Positions 21,901 to 31,266 of a stretch of DNA of 64,000 nucleotides are shown here, one piece after another. The notes beneath the pieces are model-generated. The model was given only the letters and a program-made list of their open reading frames with translations. It was not told the origin of the DNA and made no database searches. The DNA is taken from positions 32,001 to 96,000 of IMG/VR virus record IMGVR_UViG_3300002835_000047, one strand, 5' to 3'. The position numbers were made by a program, and so were the translations under genes. How positions within the stretch are numbered: position 1 is the stretch's first letter; each line of letters starts with the position of its first letter. The DNA comes from a virus.

Positions 21901-24900
21901 GCACCAATTGCTGTAACTACTCAAGAAGTTACAGCACCTCTTAAAAGAGAGTTGCAACAGAATCAAGTAAGAATAAAAGAGATTGAAGCTGAGATTGATA
22001 ATGCTGAATCCGATATGGTTAAAGCAAGTCAATTAATGGAAGATAATGCTGAAAGGCAAAAGTTAATTGCGCGGAACAGAGAAATTCAAAGAAAGCTGCT
22101 TGCTAACAAAATTGTAAGTAAAACACTTAGTGAACAAGAAGTTGCTGACATTGATGAGTTTGTAATTTGGGCAAATAATAATTTGCCAAACTTTATTACT
22201 GTTGAAGATATTTCTAATCTTAGAGATAACCTGGTTACTAACGGTGTACGTGTTGGGGCTTTTGTTTTATCAATGAATCAAATTGCAGGTGGAATGACCG
22301 TAAAAGGTACACTCTACACCGGCGCTAAATCTCCGTATAAATACCATGAAGCATTTCACGGTGTATTTAGATCTTTACTTTCTAATACACAACAAGATAA
22401 ACTATACAAGATTGCTGAGGCAGAATTAAAAGCAAAGCTTGGTAATAAGTTTGAAGAAGAACTATCTAAGTTTAGAAACTCTGCTGATTCATATAAGGCA
22501 ATGAGTAGAAAAGCTCTTGAAAAAGAGTTTTATGAAGAATACATGGCGGATGAATTTGATAAGTTTAAAATGGATCCTAGATCTACAAAAGCTAATCCGG
22601 CAATTAAAAACTTCTTTACTAGACTTATTGAATGGATTAAATCTTTGTTTAGTTCTTATTCACCTAATGAGCTTCAAGAATTATTCAAAAATATTGATTC
22701 AGGTAAATTTAAATCAGCATCGCCAATCAATAACAGATTTACTGATAGTCTAGCTAATGGTATCACTCTTGCTAATAAAATTATCCCTGTGGAGATGATT
22801 GAAAGTGAGACAGGTGCATTTGGATATAGGACTTTAGATAATGACTTTGCAAGAAGTCTGATATCTTCTATTTCTGCAAGAGTTATTATGCTTGAGCAAG
22901 AAAATAAAAATGCTAACTTTAATCTAAAGGAGGCGGTTAATGATTCTTTCAATAGATTTAGGGCTCTCTATAGTACTAAGCGAGAAGCCTATAAAACTAT
23001 GGAACTTACACCTGAACAAAAAAGTAATCTTAGAGATATTGAAAAAGCTTTTTCTGATTTTTCTGATTTTATTAAGGAGGGTGTTTATGATCAATTAAAA
23101 TATTATGATATTAAAACAAGAAACGTTGAAGATGATTTAGAAGATTTAGAAGAACAAGTAGGAGATAGACTTAGAACTACTGATCAGTATGACAAAGATG
23201 TAACTAGTATTGGTGGATTTTCTTCTCTTTCTTCATTCTTGAGAAAATACATTGGAACAACGTCTATTTCGGAAATGGACCAGTTTGGTAATGAATATTT
23301 GATTGATCAAGAAAAAGATATAAATGGAAATGTTATAGAAGGAACCGGTGAAAAGCTTTTAATTACTGTAGATTTTGCTACAGCTTATAATGGCTTTTTG
23401 AAAGCAGTTAAGAATATAAATGATCCCATTAAGATTTTACAACGTCTTTATTTTTTTGGTATTAATAATCCTCAAACTCAAGCTGTAGTAAACAAATTAT
23501 TTCTTGATTTAGGAATTAAATGGGAAGGTCAACTTGAAAATGATCAACTTCCTCAGTATTCTAGTACTATAATTGAAAAATTTAGAAATGGCCAGGAAGT
23601 AACGCCAGAAGAATTAAAAGAAGGTATTAATAGACCTTTACTGTTTCAAGCTGTACTAAAAGGTTTTGAAAATGCACGTGTTGATTACTTGTTTATACAT
23701 AGAAGTCCAGGCGATAAAGTAACCACATATACAGCAGCAAATAGAGATGATGCCAATACCCAAGTTGATAGATGGGGGCAAGCTTATATTCAAAAGTTTA
23801 AACGTTTAAAAACAAGTAAAGACGCTAGAGATAAAATTGTTAAAGAATTACAAACACTTGGGTCTTACTTGCAGTTTGTTGGAAAAGATGAGAAAGTAAG
23901 CAAAAAGCTTAAAAGCAGGGAAGATGATATACTTTTGAAAGATGCTATTAACTTTTCAAAAGTTATTGAAGAATATTTAGGTATTAGTTTAAGTCCAAAG
24001 TTTATTGAGTTTAGTATTGCAAAAAATCTTGAAGAGTTAACACCTTATCAGAAAGCATTACTAAATGCAAATTCTAATGCAAAAGTTTTAGAACAAACTG
24101 ATGTTGTAGAAATTACGAAGGCTATCGCCAGTAATCAAAATTTATTTACTATAGACGAAGGTGTAAAGATTAGACTTAAAGTAATTGCATTATCTAATGC
24201 GGAATTTGATGAAAATGTTGGGGCTTCTGTATTCAAGAATCCAAATGGTGATTTAGTTTATGCTCACCAATTACCATCATTTCATTTAAAGAAAGTAAAC
24301 TCACTTAATGATATTACAGATAATGGAGCGAAAATTGAAAAGTTAAAAAATTCTGATGACTATCTCAAAGATAACTTTCTTTTAAATAGTGAAGCATTTA
24401 AACAGCTTTCAGCTGAAGGTAAATTAAGAGTTCTAAGAATATCCGGATCAAAGATTGGTAATATTGATTTTGATGAAGATGGTTTGATGTCAGAAACTTC
24501 AGGTAGAACTCCTTCATCTGGTACAACTTATGGTGATTCAACACCAAGAGAATTTATTCTTAATTTGATTAATTCTTATAATTATGATGTTGACTCTTCA
24601 AAAGGTAAATTAAAAAATAAAATTTCTTGGGCAGCTGAAGATAAAACAATTAACGTTGCAGCTATTGCCCCTGTTCTTTTACGTGTACTAGAATCTTCAA
24701 ACACGGGAGATATGATGGCTTTACCTGTATTTAAAGCTGTAGAAAAAAATTCAAAGGGAGAAACTGTTTTAACGGACCAAGCACTTGATGCTATATTAAA
24801 CAATATTGCTGCTGAATTTACAAGAATACAAAAAGAGTCTAATCCGGAAACTGCAACTCAAGAATTATATGTTGGATATAATGCGCTTGCAATTGAAAGT

Positions 24901-27900
24901 ACAGAAACAGGAACTGAAGAAATTATTCCTATTAATGTAAATAGCCCAAGTATTAATAAAGCTAGAGCTTTTAACTTTCATAAAACAGGTGTTCTTTTAA
25001 GTCCATTAGGCCAGAAAAAAGAAAGCCGCCAAGGGATTGTAACAATTCAAACTTCTGATATCAAATTGGAAAGAATTGAAAAAGGAAAGCAAACATCTCT
25101 TATATATGATCAAAAAGCCGCAGAACAATTTATTGGTTTTACATCTACCGGTGTTGTTAGAGATGCTATTGTAAAAACTAAAGATGGAGACAAGAATATT
25201 CAAAAGAAAATTATTGGTAGAGGTTTAATAAGAGTAACGCCTGAAAATAGAGAAAGAATATTTGAAGATTTTAAGGGCTCTATTTCACTTATTCAAAATG
25301 ATCAGTTTAAATATGAAGTACGTATTGGCAATAAAAAGTTTTACGTAGAATCAATCAATGAGCAGAAGTTCTTACAAGGTAAGAAACCTATGTATATGTA
25401 TGATTTGATGGAAGTTGGGGAAGCTGGTTTAATGGATCAAGTCACAGCTCTTATTGGTGGATTTGAAGCTGAAGGTTACTTAGATAAACTAACTGAAGCA
25501 GCGCGTTCTCAGGAGTTTGCAGGATTAACTTTTATGGAAGCTATTCAAAAGCTTGGTATAAAGGAATCAGAGTTGAAAGGATTTTTGCAAAATAGAATGA
25601 ACCAAGAATTTGCAGAGTTTAATATTACACTGGACGAACTTGTTGGTGCAGAAGGTGGATTAGGAAACTTCTTGACAAATGGCATTCAGTCAGGATCTGG
25701 TACAATAACCACAGAATCTAGAGAAGCCGGTCGTTTATTAAATATTATTCCTGAAGACAAAGCATATAATCTAAAGCAAATCTTTTTTAATGACTATATA
25801 AATACTACGGCCATTAACCAAATTTTATTAGGTGATAGTGCTTATAGTTTGAAGGACGCGGTTGATGAAATTAAAAGAGCAAAAGCACAGTCAGCATCTT
25901 ACTATAGTGCAGCAAGTACAGTAGCTGCACCTGAATATGGTATTTACAAACCATTACAAGAAATTTCTTTGTTTGAGTTAACGGAACCTATTGTCAATTC
26001 AACTCATAATATCAGTAAAATTAAAAATGCAGATGCTCAATTGTGGATGACAACTAAAGCTTTCCGTAATTTTCAATACGGTTTTGGTAAACTTACTCCA
26101 GCCCAAGCAGCTTTGTTTGATAAAATTGAAAATGGTGATGATGTTAGTGCTGATGATATTTTTGGTACAGAGGAATCTACCGGATATGCTAAGAGGCAAG
26201 AAATGCTTAATTCTCAAAAGCTTGTCTATGCGGATGGTAAAACATTCGTTAAGATGTCAGCATTCCCATTATTACCACAGTTTACTTCAATAAAAGACTC
26301 TGAAGGTAACTATACTATTCCTAAACCTAATAAAGTAGCTTTACATAATTTAAGAGTTAAGCTTGAGGCATTTGAAAAAGAAAATGATACAGTTTCGGTA
26401 GCTGCCCCAAGATCTGCATTAAAAATGATGCAAAAGAATGTGTCTAACATTCACAGTGTTACTGGAACAACAAATCCATTAAGTCAAGATCAATCTGTTA
26501 CACTTAATGCTAATTACTTAGGTTTACAGGTTATTAATCCATCTAATAAAACTGTTATAACGGATCCTACCCAGGTTAAAACGTTGGTTACTTCTGAACA
26601 GAATGATTCTACAGAAGTGATAGTCAATGGTAAGAAAATAACACTAGGTGAAGTGAGAGCTGCTTATCATAAAGCAACTAGAGATAGAGGTAACTTAAAC
26701 TATATCAACAAAAGAAATTTGATATTCTCTTTTGATCTAGAGTATGCAATAGATGAACTTCATAAGAGTATTAAAGAAAATGCTATTACTGCAGATCTTT
26801 ATACTTACTTGAGATACGCAGAAGCTAGTCTTGCATCTACAGGTTCATCAAGTCATTTGATGGAATTATTTTCACTAGATGAATCCGGAAATCAAAAGTA
26901 TAATCTTAATAACCCTCTCACTTATGATAAGTTCTTGAATTTATTCATGAGCTATTTCAGCAAAAGTGTGTTTAATGAGAAGTTACCTGGTGCAACAATA
27001 TCATTGGTTTCTGATTATGGCGTAAGAGTTTACAGAAGAGTTCTTTCTGTAGATGAAAATGGAATGCCTGATAAATATGAGATTATTACTGAAGCTCAAT
27101 ATGAGGCTATGGCTAATAAACCTGGTATTGCATTTAATATTGATGAAGGTTCTTATCCAGGTAATGATGAAAATCTTGCAGGTCTTAATGATGCAGTGAA
27201 AAAATCTAAGGGTGCCGGTGTTGTTATTATTGACCGTTTGAGACATAACATGAAAGAGTATGACTCAAACGGAAAAGAAACTGGACAAAGGTATGGCGAA
27301 ATGATATTACCACCTCACCATAAAGAAGTGATGGAACAGTTACAACTTCAAGGTAAATCTATTCCGGATGTTGTAGGTAAAATGTTTGCTGTACGTATTC
27401 CTTCACAAGATAACCATTCAACTTATAACGTTAAGTGGATAGACTTTATGCCTGCTATTTATGGTTCTTCTGGTGTGTTTGCAAGAGAACTTATTGAGAT
27501 ATCAGGAGCTGACTTTGACATTGATAAACTCTATACGCAATTTAAAGAGTTTTACTTAGAAAACAATAAGTTCAAAGAATATGGAAAAGCTACAACTGAT
27601 GATGCTAAATACATTGAGTATATAAATTATGTAAATAAAAAAGTAAAAGATTCAGATTCCATATATAGTGAAGCATTATATAAATACAATGGTCGGGGTG
27701 TAGGTAAAGCTATAAGTATTACCTATGAAGATTTACTTTCTGCAAAGAGTAGAGGCTTTACTGAAAATTCTATAAATGCTTTATTGGTATTAGGTATGCC
27801 TGTTACCTTAGCGGATTACAAAAAATATAAGGAAAAGTTCAGACATGAACCATATGCCGCAGCAATTAATAATGATATTTTAGATTATAAGTTTGCACTT

Positions 27901-30900
27901 ATGGGTAACGATTATGTTACTGAAAGAAAACCTTTGTTTTTGGATAATAATGGTAAAACTACAACTGTTAACACGGGTAAGCCTGCGTTAGATGAAAATG
28001 GTAAGCAAAAAACTTCTGTAGCAATCTCACATGAAGCAGCTGACATGGAAGTTTTAAAGGATCTTTGGAATGAACTCAAAGAAGAACTTCCGGAATGGGC
28101 CGCTTTATCTGAAGAAGAAGGTATTGATGTAGATAACTTATATGGCAAGCTTAGAATGTTTGCTAACAACAAAGAAGGTTCTAGATCAATTGGTGCGGTT
28201 GTATTGCCTAACCTATATTTAAATCTTCTTCAGGAGTATGATGTAAAAATTGAAAGTACCAAACTTAATAGTGAAGAAGTATTACCTCAAATTGAATTTG
28301 GTGGATTTACATTTAGAAACTTTAACAATACGTTTGAGTTAAATGAAGACACTAGTCAAGGTAAAAGAACTCAGTATATAATATCTGCTTTAATCACTGC
28401 AGCAACTGATAACGCTAAAGAAAGACTTTTGGCTAAGCTTGGTTTAAATATCAATGCTTTATCAATTGTAGCAAATCTTACAGCTTTGGGTGTTCCTATA
28501 AAAACTTCAGTTCTTTTGGTTAACCATCCTGTTATTAGGCAAGCTTACTTTATGGAAGCTAATGCACCGGCTGATCAAAAGATATCTGCAAGATCTATAG
28601 TGCAAGAACGAATTAGTGCACTAGAAACAACATTTCTTGAAGAGGAGGAAAAAAAACTGAGAACTTCCGTCACTCAAAACTCTTTAATGGAAGCAATTGA
28701 GACACCATTAATTAAAGCGAATGCTACTGAGGGTGATATGATTGAACTTAGAGAAAGTAATGAGGTAACAAAGATGCAAGTCATTGATGAAATTTCAATA
28801 TTAGAACAGTTTTTAAATGCTTATAAACTAGCTAATACTACGCGGTATATGGGTGATATCTTAAGTCTTACCAACGGTTTAGGTCAAGGTCTTGAGGCAA
28901 TTGATAAGAGAAATGAGGCAATAAAAAAATTAGGTCTTAATTTATCTAAGGAACAATTTTCAGCATTAGGTGTTAATAGACCAATGATTGATGCTAGACC
29001 TGTGTTCAAAGGTCTTACGTGGCAAGCCGGTTATCTTGAAAGATTCCAGGAGTTTACTAATTTGTTATTACCGAAAGTAGTTCTTTCAACAACTCCTTTA
29101 TTTAGAACAGTCACTGAAGAAATAGCATATCAAACTACGGTTAATAGTTTACCTTATGAATTAAAAGATAAAACTAAAACAAAAATTGCTAAAGATTTTC
29201 TATCTTATTTGACAATTAAAGCTTATATCCAAAATGGCTTAGTTAATAATTCACAGTCTATAGCTACTCTTACAAATGGATTAATTTATAATCAAGACGG
29301 TATTGAAAATATAACTAAAGTATTGGATAGACTTAGATCAACTGAAGAAGGTGCTAACAATTATTTTTTGAACTCTTTTATTATTACTGAAAAAGCAAAT
29401 TTAAAAGGTAATAAAACCGGTTTAAATTTAGCTGGTGCAAATACATTTTTAAGATATAATGATTCTCAAAAGTTAGACATTCAAAATGGCTTTATGGCTT
29501 TGTATGCTGATCCATTAACAAGATCAGATGCAAAAACAATTGTGCATTATATGATGGTCAAAGATGGTTTGCAATATGGTTATAAATCAATTGTTGAAGC
29601 TGTAGCTCCAATTGCCATTGATAATTACTTATCCCATATTGATACAGTACAGGCGGCAATAGAAAGACCTAATGATACTATATTTAAGTCAACATTTGGT
29701 ATGAGCATAGATGACTTAGTGATTGATTTTATGAAGGGTTATTTAACATCATCAATTAACGCCTATATAATTAAAAAAGTAAGAGCAAAAGTCTATGATC
29801 CGGAAACAAAAATTATTGGTATTGAATCTAATTTTACTAAAGAACTAGCTTCGTCTAATTCTGAAGCTATTTTTGTTTTTGGAGATAATTTTGCAAGGCA
29901 AGGCACTGTTGGTAATAGTTCTATAAGAGGTTTGGATAATGCTTTTAGCTTATTCTTTAAAAAGGATATGAATAGAATTGATTCTTCTTACTACACAGAT
30001 GATGAAGCTGGAGATTTTATTACGATCTTTGATGAGCAAATGGAACAATTAACAAATATGATTGCTGAAGAAAAGAAAGTAATTTTACCTAAAGAATTAA
30101 TTTCATCTTCAGAACTAGCTGACTTTAAAAAGAATAGTCCCGTTGTATTTGATTATGTAAAGTCAAAGCTTTTACAAGAGTTTCAGTATAACATTGAAAC
30201 TAAAGAGAAAAAATCTGATGAAGAAAAGAAAGCAGCAAGAGTTTCAAATGTTAATATCTTAAAATCTCCTGTTCATGTGGATTCATCCGGTGTAGTATCA
30301 AAATTAGTTGTTAATTTATATACCGGAATTTCAAGACTTGAAAAAACAAATGCTGTCACTTCTAAACGTGATGTTCCTTCTAGTTCAAAATTAACTAAAA
30401 AATTTGGAAATCTTTTTATTAAAAACAAAAAAGCATTATATAAAGCTGGTTTTAGGAATTTAATTGATTTCAAAAAAGGTTCTGAATTTTACACTGAGGT
30501 AGAATTCCCAATAGTTATTAGACAAAATGTTGGATCGGACTATAAAGCTATATATAAATATTATGTACTTGCAAGAACACAAAGTTTAATTCCATCAGAA
30601 AATTTAATTAACTATAATAACAAAGCTGTCGGTAGTTATGCTGAGTATGTTGAAGTAGACATAAAAGGTTCAAACGCTCAGAATCCAATTGGTTTTATGT
30701 TTGGTGATAGACCTAATACAAAAGATCTAAGAGAGTTTGTAAAAGAAGTTAATTCTGATGATGCTAATTTTAATCAGTTTGATGATGAAAAGTTTGACTC
30801 AGTAATAGACAAAGCTGATTATGGATCCGGTGTGTCACTGCCTGTAAATTCAGAAATAACAGCGAATGAAAAAGGTATTCAAGTTAATGGTCAAAATATT

Positions 30901-31263
30901 AGTAAAGTAAAAGAATCATCTGAATCTTTTGAATCTGAAAATCTTGCAGAAAGTGATATTGAAATAACGGGTGATGAAAATCTAACCGATATAGATAATA
31001 ATTCAATTAATATTTCGGCTAGCTCATTCTTTGCTAGTTTACTAGAAAATGAATATTCAGAACTTAAGAGTTGGTGGGATCAGAATATAGATGGTGTATC
31101 TGATGAAGCTTTGCAAAATAAAAATAAAATTAAAGAACTAACTAAAGATCCTAATATGAAATTTAAAGTAAATGACTATGATGATTTTTTAGATGAGTTT
31201 AAACAAAGTGGTTTTCAAAATGAAAAAGAATTTATAGAACACTTCAAAAATTGTTATCTTTAA
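15925..31263 (+). CDS. Giant virion-associated RNA polymerase polyprotein (two-barrel, phi14:2 gp66-like) with membrane-like N-terminus and zincin domain, 5112 aa
   Basis: SGADFDIDKLY catalytic loop (DFDID at 27511-27525, residues 3863-3867) preceded by VRIPSQ (R3824); YHEAFH (22345-22359) with downstream EEYMADEF; Gly/Ala-rich hydrophobic helices at about residues 220-600. Confidence 0.9.
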   Translation: MLNANTNERLMSEGGLPQTNPQIPDSSKFEFQSVYDFFSPPDTPEFNQIMDPEYENMLRQHAQQINSYAPAAIGNLNTPTPTLSSETYNPTKQRTGYNLSTPDGIHALLNDFSGVIKSDKPVIANPIAAGIRESNFDRYYKHPKFSKLGWHPYADNESFYNANSSWWDDFGRMSTQFGNLASTGFVSSYRSIGDLFDSDSYFSGTDMESASEFSDAMRIGNSTRGGVAGFANNLALQFGYTAGIIGSIAVEELALSAGAALQGYMNPLADAALAGRTALNMGRLGRSIAQSFDVTRFAGATRNMYNTLRSVDAAKDFYSFAKTGGRIAGQIFAPETYRAIKTLNSTANGAQNLTNMAKVSKTFGGFYRDLRSLNLALSESKMEGGMVYAQQLANNYDYYSEKNNGTPVTEEQMGLITENASRAAYWTTLQNAPTIFFSNQLLLGNAFGAYNKSLSRILNDNVSGLAGRVIRAKGITEAGKAVTRPFIDAGTGLKGLYNTVKAAGVRGSVQMGAHASLRYFAANLSEGIQELTQEAIAHGTKDYHLEILKDPASGGKDLLSATIASAVGSQFNSQGFETFMSGFLMGGLAQGPQKLLFQGLPSLYQRTFEKEKFEEYKKNKETYINNLVNSLNDAYEITANDPMSSIFDTNKVNLVSQKQASDNILQSIFDDSEFDFVDAKDFSKFQSIYTVLSSGKASDFKAQFRDYLKMTNEELAQIFPASKKDIKSGKLASRMQDMINKIDQLEDSFNENKNKFQNPFNSSIYRKGTREYNEERIKEMSFEHARYLYMFTEDGFKRALERSKLLYDDLASDPIVGKMAASDITVLLDQNSLAKEIKMLLSEISVLDPKENKEIIEAKTNKLKGLDAVFNVLYAKENLNAKGNFDKRKINKLRKAFETYVQLLAKSNGTFADQNKIKEALKKIIDYKDLSERANAYNKSIEYMNNPDRFDEIRLRAYEFYKSIFRNRAQVFKESLKNYISKSEINQFLNELDKLNVIPDPEEVKIFMQNGDINVLQNFYSESGLVGKNTDPDIYDQIQGLINIYKSSVEPTVTEKPEDEATAKSNVEENIDALLESAKIDDAPEKAETSVYGTEPNINPFIKKLLEAKYRLYVGRQISLGKSPVSQINWLKGKEAESYLNAYKALKKVWYNDLKNSGQQSLIETNGNFDIGFEEWLKSKQDDPIIDKVFDIVDLTIHDFIKIPTPNSSFVSNTSDKVVDDTFDNVVIIENKTLIDDPDTGLSTQTSIFTVRTKAGQLIEDAYTKAAGVSSGAAFSNISKAREAAKKLDPLLVENTPFKFGDKEVFYGSSVYDKNGDGYVVIGTAPEVQRGGKLFLLPFDKIKNASTKQERNRLAKKVTEDEFTNDYVLDEFNFSRLSENTSKLLVDEAVGVYSFRNANETEEQANLRLQTILENLTPEEKKFLLVIKRNPKEGVRGKYKIGTKDENPYINKVAEPFSVGLTFADPNTRSRINNILSQNGIELSSDPNGVFGFVRTGSVQFVNKKNEVINPVNLPKEIIDDTFKIYESQEPNAVTNIRNNFAIQQAFVDQIADKMEGVDSIIIPANELPEFSFNIGSSVYVKNKSERSIYDLKYNTVDGVRVLMINDKLKDGTILSRILTDIDDIDESNAFVNKLESDLKAQPGLFEVLQKSQRYVLLIKSPNGLFTGAPLKTNRLSDDQIFELGRELIKEGIRTINENLVGEGSVETKKIKDPNFNIEFNRAFNKKFYITTNIEGYTVEINVNSDGTFRAELYDKNAKKVIGTSYINEGRQGTLDYQDVENPDIIERLLDNLQKKGIDKATQDYKEDKKKDPSLEIPEWTKLEISKSNVRDSFQEDATVDTVINNTVTNLDVNVRTNYKLRLNAGSNTIQEVLLFAATPAAIQQENKVVVEETPVAPVSEIEAKKADIERRRKISLTKITAEQAKNISGIQDLEGYYEINGFWEGVYITDKFEGRSTPYKSAITANSEKELLDNINAKYDAELVALEGVKPAPIAVTTQEVTAPLKRELQQNQVRIKEIEAEIDNAESDMVKASQLMEDNAERQKLIARNREIQRKLLANKIVSKTLSEQEVADIDEFVIWANNNLPNFITVEDISNLRDNLVTNGVRVGAFVLSMNQIAGGMTVKGTLYTGAKSPYKYHEAFHGVFRSLLSNTQQDKLYKIAEAELKAKLGNKFEEELSKFRNSADSYKAMSRKALEKEFYEEYMADEFDKFKMDPRSTKANPAIKNFFTRLIEWIKSLFSSYSPNELQELFKNIDSGKFKSASPINNRFTDSLANGITLANKIIPVEMIESETGAFGYRTLDNDFARSLISSISARVIMLEQENKNANFNLKEAVNDSFNRFRALYSTKREAYKTMELTPEQKSNLRDIEKAFSDFSDFIKEGVYDQLKYYDIKTRNVEDDLEDLEEQVGDRLRTTDQYDKDVTSIGGFSSLSSFLRKYIGTTSISEMDQFGNEYLIDQEKDINGNVIEGTGEKLLITVDFATAYNGFLKAVKNINDPIKILQRLYFFGINNPQTQAVVNKLFLDLGIKWEGQLENDQLPQYSSTIIEKFRNGQEVTPEELKEGINRPLLFQAVLKGFENARVDYLFIHRSPGDKVTTYTAANRDDANTQVDRWGQAYIQKFKRLKTSKDARDKIVKELQTLGSYLQFVGKDEKVSKKLKSREDDILLKDAINFSKVIEEYLGISLSPKFIEFSIAKNLEELTPYQKALLNANSNAKVLEQTDVVEITKAIASNQNLFTIDEGVKIRLKVIALSNAEFDENVGASVFKNPNGDLVYAHQLPSFHLKKVNSLNDITDNGAKIEKLKNSDDYLKDNFLLNSEAFKQLSAEGKLRVLRISGSKIGNIDFDEDGLMSETSGRTPSSGTTYGDSTPREFILNLINSYNYDVDSSKGKLKNKISWAAEDKTINVAAIAPVLLRVLESSNTGDMMALPVFKAVEKNSKGETVLTDQALDAILNNIAAEFTRIQKESNPETATQELYVGYNALAIESTETGTEEIIPINVNSPSINKARAFNFHKTGVLLSPLGQKKESRQGIVTIQTSDIKLERIEKGKQTSLIYDQKAAEQFIGFTSTGVVRDAIVKTKDGDKNIQKKIIGRGLIRVTPENRERIFEDFKGSISLIQNDQFKYEVRIGNKKFYVESINEQKFLQGKKPMYMYDLMEVGEAGLMDQVTALIGGFEAEGYLDKLTEAARSQEFAGLTFMEAIQKLGIKESELKGFLQNRMNQEFAEFNITLDELVGAEGGLGNFLTNGIQSGSGTITTESREAGRLLNIIPEDKAYNLKQIFFNDYINTTAINQILLGDSAYSLKDAVDEIKRAKAQSASYYSAASTVAAPEYGIYKPLQEISLFELTEPIVNSTHNISKIKNADAQLWMTTKAFRNFQYGFGKLTPAQAALFDKIENGDDVSADDIFGTEESTGYAKRQEMLNSQKLVYADGKTFVKMSAFPLLPQFTSIKDSEGNYTIPKPNKVALHNLRVKLEAFEKENDTVSVAAPRSALKMMQKNVSNIHSVTGTTNPLSQDQSVTLNANYLGLQVINPSNKTVITDPTQVKTLVTSEQNDSTEVIVNGKKITLGEVRAAYHKATRDRGNLNYINKRNLIFSFDLEYAIDELHKSIKENAITADLYTYLRYAEASLASTGSSSHLMELFSLDESGNQKYNLNNPLTYDKFLNLFMSYFSKSVFNEKLPGATISLVSDYGVRVYRRVLSVDENGMPDKYEIITEAQYEAMANKPGIAFNIDEGSYPGNDENLAGLNDAVKKSKGAGVVIIDRLRHNMKEYDSNGKETGQRYGEMILPPHHKEVMEQLQLQGKSIPDVVGKMFAVRIPSQDNHSTYNVKWIDFMPAIYGSSGVFARELIEISGADFDIDKLYTQFKEFYLENNKFKEYGKATTDDAKYIEYINYVNKKVKDSDSIYSEALYKYNGRGVGKAISITYEDLLSAKSRGFTENSINALLVLGMPVTLADYKKYKEKFRHEPYAAAINNDILDYKFALMGNDYVTERKPLFLDNNGKTTTVNTGKPALDENGKQKTSVAISHEAADMEVLKDLWNELKEELPEWAALSEEEGIDVDNLYGKLRMFANNKEGSRSIGAVVLPNLYLNLLQEYDVKIESTKLNSEEVLPQIEFGGFTFRNFNNTFELNEDTSQGKRTQYIISALITAATDNAKERLLAKLGLNINALSIVANLTALGVPIKTSVLLVNHPVIRQAYFMEANAPADQKISARSIVQERISALETTFLEEEEKKLRTSVTQNSLMEAIETPLIKANATEGDMIELRESNEVTKMQVIDEISILEQFLNAYKLANTTRYMGDILSLTNGLGQGLEAIDKRNEAIKKLGLNLSKEQFSALGVNRPMIDARPVFKGLTWQAGYLERFQEFTNLLLPKVVLSTTPLFRTVTEEIAYQTTVNSLPYELKDKTKTKIAKDFLSYLTIKAYIQNGLVNNSQSIATLTNGLIYNQDGIENITKVLDRLRSTEEGANNYFLNSFIITEKANLKGNKTGLNLAGANTFLRYNDSQKLDIQNGFMALYADPLTRSDAKTIVHYMMVKDGLQYGYKSIVEAVAPIAIDNYLSHIDTVQAAIERPNDTIFKSTFGMSIDDLVIDFMKGYLTSSINAYIIKKVRAKVYDPETKIIGIESNFTKELASSNSEAIFVFGDNFARQGTVGNSSIRGLDNAFSLFFKKDMNRIDSSYYTDDEAGDFITIFDEQMEQLTNMIAEEKKVILPKELISSSELADFKKNSPVVFDYVKSKLLQEFQYNIETKEKKSDEEKKAARVSNVNILKSPVHVDSSGVVSKLVVNLYTGISRLEKTNAVTSKRDVPSSSKLTKKFGNLFIKNKKALYKAGFRNLIDFKKGSEFYTEVEFPIVIRQNVGSDYKAIYKYYVLARTQSLIPSENLINYNNKAVGSYAEYVEVDIKGSNAQNPIGFMFGDRPNTKDLREFVKEVNSDDANFNQFDDEKFDSVIDKADYGSGVSLPVNSEITANEKGIQVNGQNISKVKESSESFESENLAESDIEITGDENLTDIDNNSINISASSFFASLLENEYSELKSWWDQNIDGVSDEALQNKNKIKELTKDPNMKFKVNDYDDFLDEFKQSGFQNEKEFIEHFKNCYL

Positions 31264-31266
31264 TAT

